This document shows, in pieces, positions 6,693 through 10,917 of a DNA stretch of 10,917 nucleotides. Positions within the stretch are counted from its first letter, which is position 1. Every line of letters begins with the position of its first letter. Source of the DNA: Candidatus Eiseniibacteriota bacterium (GTDB taxonomy: Bacteria; Eisenbacteria; RBG-16-71-46); contig JANLOX010000190.1 in NCBI GenBank assembly GCA_031366795.1, positions 1-10,917 of the forward strand, in the 5' to 3' direction. Below the pieces are notes generated by a model, which had not been told where the DNA came from, did not search any database, and saw nothing but the letters and a program-made list of their open reading frames with translations. Both the position numbers and the translations under genes were made by a program.

Positions 6693-8242
6693 ACGCGGTC
6701 TCAATGCTGGTTAGCCCCAAGGCCCAGGCGTCGCCGGGGCTTGCGAAAGCCCAAGGGTCGCGTGAGGAACAGGCGGCCTTCTCGCCCGCACTCATGCTGC
6801 TGCTCGCCGCCGGGCTCGTGCCCACTCCGCTGGTGCCCACGCTTGCCGTGACGCCCGATGCGGAAGGTGCCACGAACGACGCAGGCACGCGGAATCCGCT
6901 CGAAGGCGGCGACGCGGCGCTGAACGCCAACACCGGGAACCAGGCCGGAACGGGATTGAACCTCGGAGCACCCGTGCTCGAACTCGCGCCGCCCACTCCG
7001 GGCGCCGTACCGGTCGCGAACTTCAAGGTGGTGGCTCCCACGCCTGCTGTGCTGCTGGACACTTCGGCCTCGCTCGCCGGTGGCGCGGCGACGGCGGCGA
7101 CGCCCGAAGTCGCGACACCCAGCACGAGTGCGGCCCAAGTCGCGAAGGCAGCGAATGCGCAGGCTGCCGCCGCGGCGCTCGCCGCGGAGCAGGCGACGTC
7201 GCTCGGCTCCAATTTACACGTCGAGTCGCGTGACATCGCCTCGCGCGACTCGCGTCCTGTCCCAACAGCAGCGCTGCCGATGACCGGTGCCAATGGCAAG
7301 CCCAGCATTGCGGCATCCGTGAAGGAGGCTGCGTCGCTCGCGGCATCGCAGTTGGCCGCGATTGATGCTGCGGCGCGCTCGCAGGCGGCGCCGGCAACGA
7401 TTGCCGCGGCGGCTCTCACGGGACGGTTGGGCCTGGCGAACCCCAGGGCCACGGACCTTGCGCCGAGCGAACCGACCATCAAGCTTACCGGCGAGACGGT
7501 CTCGACGGCGCCCAGCGTGGAGCAATCCGCGAGCGGCGAAGCCGTGCTCGACTCGGCCCGCCGCGCGGCCGCGGTCGCCAATCACCCCATGCAGCAGCTC
7601 AAGCGATCGATCACCCCGTTGAAGCAGGCCGAAACCGCGACGCCCGAACAAGCTGTCGCAGGCGCGCGTGGCAAGCAGGGTCCCGCGCGCCAAGCCCCCG
7701 CGAACTTCGCGGCCGCCGTGCAGCAGGCCCCCCCGACGGGCCCTGGTGTCCCGGTTGGGCCGCGCGAGGTGACGCCGCCGCTCGTCGCGAATGACGGATT
7801 CACTGCGCGCTCGACGCAGGAGGTTCCGCAAGACCCGCGGCTCGACTCCATCGACGGCGGGCGCAATGCATTGTCGCGTCCCGACCAGGTCACGCTGCGC
7901 GTCGAGGGTGAGTCCGGCGAAGAAGCGCGTCTGCGCGTTGCCGTGCGCGGCCGCGACGTGCGCGCCACCATCGCCACCGACGACCCCTCGCTCGCGCGGC
8001 GACTCGAAGAAGGACTGGGTTCGTTGCGCAATGCGCTCGGCGACCGCGGTTTCGACAAGTCGCAGGTGCTGGTGCAGGGCGCCGCGGTCCGCGCCGGTGA
8101 AGGAGCGCAGGACGCGCCTCGCGATCCGCTCCCGAAGAAGCAGCAACAGAACCCGGACGGAGCACCCAAGAACGGCAAGCAGCCCGAGACACCCGAGCAG
8201 CGTTCACGGTCGCGCAACGGCCGCAACACGGAAGGGAGGTAG
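6689..8242 (+). CDS. fliK: Flagellar hook-length control protein FliK (517 aa)
   Basis: Long Ala/Pro/Thr-rich low-complexity region, then a compact domain VTLRV...RLRVAVRG..VRATI.TDDP..ARRL..GL.SLR.AL..RGF. Lies just upstream of flgD. Start inferred at ATG 6689 (ATGA overlap, GGAGG at 6680-6684), not 5807. Confidence 0.85.
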   Translation: MNAVSMLVSPKAQASPGLAKAQGSREEQAAFSPALMLLLAAGLVPTPLVPTLAVTPDAEGATNDAGTRNPLEGGDAALNANTGNQAGTGLNLGAPVLELAPPTPGAVPVANFKVVAPTPAVLLDTSASLAGGAATAATPEVATPSTSAAQVAKAANAQAAAAALAAEQATSLGSNLHVESRDIASRDSRPVPTAALPMTGANGKPSIAASVKEAASLAASQLAAIDAAARSQAAPATIAAAALTGRLGLANPRATDLAPSEPTIKLTGETVSTAPSVEQSASGEAVLDSARRAAAVANHPMQQLKRSITPLKQAETATPEQAVAGARGKQGPARQAPANFAAAVQQAPPTGPGVPVGPREVTPPLVANDGFTARSTQEVPQDPRLDSIDGGRNALSRPDQVTLRVEGESGEEARLRVAVRGRDVRATIATDDPSLARRLEEGLGSLRNALGDRGFDKSQVLVQGAAVRAGEGAQDAPRDPLPKKQQQNPDGAPKNGKQPETPEQRSRSRNGRNTEGR

Positions 8243-8249
8243 GGCAAGC

Positions 8250-8975
8250 ATGATCAGCCCGATCATCAACCAGACCCATGGCACGGGCACCACGAGCCCC
8301 ACCGGCGCCACGGGCACGAGCCTCACCGGCACGAAGACGGGATCCGGTTCGATCGCCTCGATCGACAAGAACCAGTTCCTCAAGCTGCTGGTGACGCAGC
8401 TCAAGAACCAGGATCCCAACTCACCACTGTCGCCGAACGAGTTCGCGGCGCAACTGGCCCAGTTCACCAGCGTTGAGCAGTTGATCCAGCTCAACGACGG
8501 CATGGCAGCCCAATCCGTCTCGGTGCAGATGTCGACCCTCGCGGGCCAGGCCTCCCTGGGCGCCTCGCTGATCGGACGGCAGGTCGTCGCGGACGGCCAC
8601 CAGGTGTCTATCCCTAAGACCGGCCCGGGGCACATCCGGGTCGAGGTGGGCACGGGCGGCGGTCTCGGCACGCTGACCATCACGGATTCGAGCGGACATG
8701 TCGTGGGGACGCGCAAGCTGGGACAGATCCCCGCCGGCCGGCAGACGCTGACGCTGCCGACGGATCTTCCCCCCGGCGATTACACCTACGCACTCGACGT
8801 CAAGGATGCGAGCAACAAGAGCGTCACCGTATCGACCTTCACCACGGGCACCGTGGACGCGGTCCACTTCGACAATGGCCAGATCGTTCTGCGCATGGGC
8901 GGGATCAAAGTTCTGCTCGGCGATGTCGCGGAGATCGAACAGGCTGCCAGTTCCAACACCCCGGCTCTCCCGTAA
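8250..8975 (+). CDS. flgD: Flagellar hook capping protein FlgD
   Basis: DKNQFLKLLVTQLKNQDP.SP....EF.AQLAQF.SVEQ motif, SLIGRQV, and an Ig-like/Tudor C-terminal region. Start inferred at ATG 8250 (GGGAGG at 8234-8239) rather than 7791. Confidence 0.96.
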   Translation: MISPIINQTHGTGTTSPTGATGTSLTGTKTGSGSIASIDKNQFLKLLVTQLKNQDPNSPLSPNEFAAQLAQFTSVEQLIQLNDGMAAQSVSVQMSTLAGQASLGASLIGRQVVADGHQVSIPKTGPGHIRVEVGTGGGLGTLTITDSSGHVVGTRKLGQIPAGRQTLTLPTDLPPGDYTYALDVKDASNKSVTVSTFTTGTVDAVHFDNGQIVLRMGGIKVLLGDVAEIEQAASSNTPALP

Positions 8976-9017
8976 CCGGGGCGCCGAACTCACTCCATTC
9001 AGGGAGGATTCTTCACC

Positions 9018-10268
9018 ATGATGCGAGCACTGTTTGCCGGCGTCTCGGGACTCCGGAATCACCAGACGAAGATGGACGTCATCGGTAACAACATCGCGAA
9101 CGTGAACACCATCGGCTACAAGTCGTCGCGCGTCACGTTCCAGGAAGCGTTCAACCAGCTGTTGCAGGGCGCCACGCGCCCGATCGGCGGAGCGGGCGGT
9201 CTCAACCCGATCCAGATCGGCTCGGGCGTCAACCTCGGCTCGACGGATCAGCTGTTCACGCAAGGCAGTCTCGAGACCACCGGCCAGCCGCTGGACCTCG
9301 GTATCCAGGGCGATTCGCTGTTCGTGCTGTCGAACGGCGGCCAGCGTGAGTACACGCGCGCCGGCAACTTCCAGCTCGACGCCAACGGCAACCTGATCTC
9401 CGGCACCACGGGCGCCAAGGTGCAGGGCATCCTCGCCGACGTGCAGGGCAACTTCACCTCAAGCTCGACGCTCAGCAGCATCCAGCTGCGGCTCGGTGAA
9501 AAGGCGCCGGCGCACGCCACCTCGCTCATGTACCTGTCGGGGAATCTCGATGCCTCCGCGGCGATCGGCACGCTGCACACCATGGGCGCGACGGCTTACG
9601 ATTCGGCCGGCGCGGCGCACGACCTGCAGATCACCTACACGAGCACGGGACCTGGCGCTTGGACCTGGAGCGCCACGTGCGCTGACGCACCGGTGACGCC
9701 GGCTGGCACGGGCACGGTGTCGTTCAACGCCGATGGAACGCTGAAGACGTTCACTTATCCGGGTGCGGGCACCGATCTCACGCTCACCCCGGCAAACGGC
9801 GGCGCGTTCAATGTGAAGCTCAACCCGGGCACCATCGGCGCGATCGACGGACTGTCTGGCTACGCGAACCAGTCGAATGTCGTCGTCACGCGCCAGGATG
9901 GTTACGCGGCGGGTGACTTGAACAGCATCTCGGTGGACGCGCACGGCATCGTGACCGGTTACTACAACAACGGTATCCAGCGCAGCATGGCGCAGATCGG
10001 GCTGGCCCGCTTCACCAACCCGTCCGGCCTCACGCGCGTTGGCGGTAACGGCTATGCCGAGTCGCCCAACTCCGGGCTACCGGCCATCGGCTTCGCCTCA
10101 GGCAACAATTCCTCGCGCATCACCTCGGGTGCCCTGGAAAGCTCGAACGTCGACATATCGCAGGAGTTCACCGACCTGATCGTGGCGCAGCGCGGCTTCC
10201 AGGCGAACGCTAAAGTGATCACGACGGCCGACGAGATGCTCAACGACCTCGTCAACATCCGCCGGTAA
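9018..10268 (+). CDS. flgE: Flagellar hook protein FlgE
   Basis: GVSGL..HQ..MDVIGNNIANVNT.GYK, YTRAGNF.LD, GNLD, QDGY..G.L and LE.SNVD.SQEFT.LI.AQRGFQANAKVITT.DE motifs. Strong SD AGGGAGG at 9001-9007. Confidence 0.98.
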   Translation: MMRALFAGVSGLRNHQTKMDVIGNNIANVNTIGYKSSRVTFQEAFNQLLQGATRPIGGAGGLNPIQIGSGVNLGSTDQLFTQGSLETTGQPLDLGIQGDSLFVLSNGGQREYTRAGNFQLDANGNLISGTTGAKVQGILADVQGNFTSSSTLSSIQLRLGEKAPAHATSLMYLSGNLDASAAIGTLHTMGATAYDSAGAAHDLQITYTSTGPGAWTWSATCADAPVTPAGTGTVSFNADGTLKTFTYPGAGTDLTLTPANGGAFNVKLNPGTIGAIDGLSGYANQSNVVVTRQDGYAAGDLNSISVDAHGIVTGYYNNGIQRSMAQIGLARFTNPSGLTRVGGNGYAESPNSGLPAIGFASGNNSSRITSGALESSNVDISQEFTDLIVAQRGFQANAKVITTADEMLNDLVNIRR

Positions 10269-10287
10269 TTTCTTCCGCTAGCCCGCG

Positions 10288-10320
10288 GCGCGGCGGCCTT
10301 GTATCTAAAGGCCGCCGCGC
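10288..10320 (+). terminator. Perfect 13-bp GC-rich hairpin after flgE (possible terminator or mRNA-stabilising stem)
   Basis: GCGCGGCGGCCTT-gtatcta-AAGGCCGCCGCGC starts about 20 nt after the flgE stop. No U-tract follows, so it is not a classical intrinsic terminator. Confidence 0.55.
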
Positions 10321-10336
10321 ATGCAGGGGAAATTCT

Positions 10337-10403
10337 CGCCGCCCTGCGGCAAGGTTTTCTCCGTGCTGGCCAGGGGCTCCCCGTCCCTGAGCGCAGGGCG
10401 GCG
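10337..10403. repeat. Perfect 12-bp inverted repeat with a 43-nt spacer
   Basis: CGCCGCCCTGCG (10337-10348) and CGCAGGGCGGCG (10392-10403) are exact reverse complements. Confidence 0.8.
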
Positions 10404-10471
10404 CCTCCCCGGCGCCTGACCACGCATATTCCCTCCCGATTAAATGACGTTCTTTCATCGCGTTAGCGACC

Positions 10472-10486
10472 CGGCAAATTTTGCCG
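10472..10486. promoter_or_regulatory. Palindromic putative binding site for a sigma-54 enhancer-binding protein
   Basis: CGGCAAA-T-TTTGCCG dyad with 7-bp arms, 27 bp upstream of the -24 element. It resembles the CGGCAA-type elements I recall for the flagellar activators FlbD (ftr) and FlrC. Confidence 0.6.
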
Positions 10487-10513
10487 CCTCGCCGTGAGCG
10501 GAATCGGCCGGCG

Positions 10514-10529
10514 TGGTACGGCCGTTGCT
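10514..10529 (+). promoter_or_regulatory. Sigma-54 (RpoN) -24/-12 promoter for fliL and downstream genes
   Basis: TGGTACGGCCGTTGCT against consensus TGGCACG-N4-TTGCW: one mismatch and exact GG-N10-GC spacing. Located about 60 bp upstream of the fliL ATG. Confidence 0.85.
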
Positions 10530-10588
10530 CTAGCCGTTGCGGCAGCGCTTCGTGCGCGCCCCTGCCGCCCTCTGATGAAAGGACTCCT

Positions 10589-10917
10589 ATGAGCGACACG
10601 CCACACGCCGCCGCGAAGACCGATGCGCCGGCTGGAGCAGCACCCGCCGGACCCGCAGGTCCCGTCATGATCGGCATCATCGTCGTGGCGCTCGCTGTGG
10701 GCGTTGCCCTGGGAACGCTGGTGCTGGGACCGCAACTCGCGCGCTCGAAGGGCGTAAAGGCGGAACCCGCAGCCGCGAAGTCCGGAGGCGGCGAGCACGG
10801 CAAGGAGGGCAAGGAAGACAAGGCCGCGATCTACCGCGTCGAAAACATCATCGTGAATCCTGCGGGCTCCGAAGGCTCCCACTTCCTGATGGCGACCGTA
10901 GCGATCCAGCTCGAGAA
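10589..10917 (+). CDS. fliL: Flagellar basal body-associated protein FliL, 5' part (truncated by window end)
   Basis: Manual translation: MSDTPHAAAKTDAPAGAAPAGPAGPVMIGIIVVALAVGVALGTLVLGP...AIYRVENIIVNPAGSEGSHFLMATVAIQLE. It has a single N-terminal TM segment and the FliL-type [FI].VN[LP]....[RH][YF]L motif. SD AAAGGA at 10578-10583. Not in the ORF track. Confidence 0.9.
   Translation, partial: MSDTPHAAAKTDAPAGAAPAGPAGPVMIGIIVVALAVGVALGTLVLGPQLARSKGVKAEPAAAKSGGGEHGKEGKEDKAAIYRVENIIVNPAGSEGSHFLMATVAIQLE

Noticed and set aside
7791..8249. Apparent N-terminal extension of FlgD (394-aa ORF)
   Set aside because: It overlaps the FliK C-terminal domain in another frame and has off-frame composition. 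An SD and ATG at 8250 give a normal-sized FlgD.
9501..9551. Possible spirochete-type lysinoalanine cross-link site in FlgE (K...NLD)
   Set aside because: A Lys is present (GEKAPAHAT), but the residue before NLD is Gly rather than the Cys I recall from Treponema FlgE. The cross-link is therefore not supported.
10441..10467. Sigma-28 promoter or IHF site in the AT-rich patch
   Set aside because: TAAA is present, but the sequence 15 nt later (GCGTTAGC) matches GCCGATAA poorly. There is no good WATCAANNNNTTR match on either strand.
10340..10500. c-di-GMP-I riboswitch, suggested by GGCAAA upstream of a motility gene
   Set aside because: The GAAA-tetraloop stem and the following GACGCAAAGC-type segment are absent. 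The GGCAAA is part of a DNA-style palindrome upstream of the predicted promoter.
10252..10882. Minus-strand ORFs 10252-10821 and 10463-10882
   Set aside because: They are antisense to fliL and its promoter. The + strand frame has an SD, a TM helix and the FliL motif.
1..10917. Non-flagellar injectisome, mobile elements, CRISPR arrays, tRNA or rRNA genes
   Set aside because: Rod and hook genes (flgB, flgC, flgD, flgE, fliE) and fliG/fliL identify the system as flagellar. I saw no transposase or integrase, no spaced direct repeats and no structural RNA gene signatures.

Overview
This GC-rich window is an intact, single-direction (+ strand) flagellar basal-body/hook gene cluster. The order is 'flgB-flgC-(93-aa hypothetical)-fliE-fliF-fliG-fliH-fliI-fliJ-(YlxF/MotE-like)-fliK-flgD-flgE, then a 320-bp intergenic region, then fliL'. 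flgB and fliL are cut by the window edges. Most genes overlap at their stop/start codons, and several ORF-track starts needed correcting (fliH 3670, fliI 4346, fliK 6689, flgD 8250). The core system is well known and I see no evidence of a wholly new system. Three things deserve follow-up. First, an unexplained small gene sits between flgC and fliE. Second, the flgE-fliL spacer holds a near-consensus sigma-54 promoter, a CGGCAAA-T-TTTGCCG palindrome and several nested or competing inverted repeats. Third, FlgC, FliF, FliH and FliK deviate from canonical family motifs. A Gemmatimonadota-like origin is my tentative inference only.
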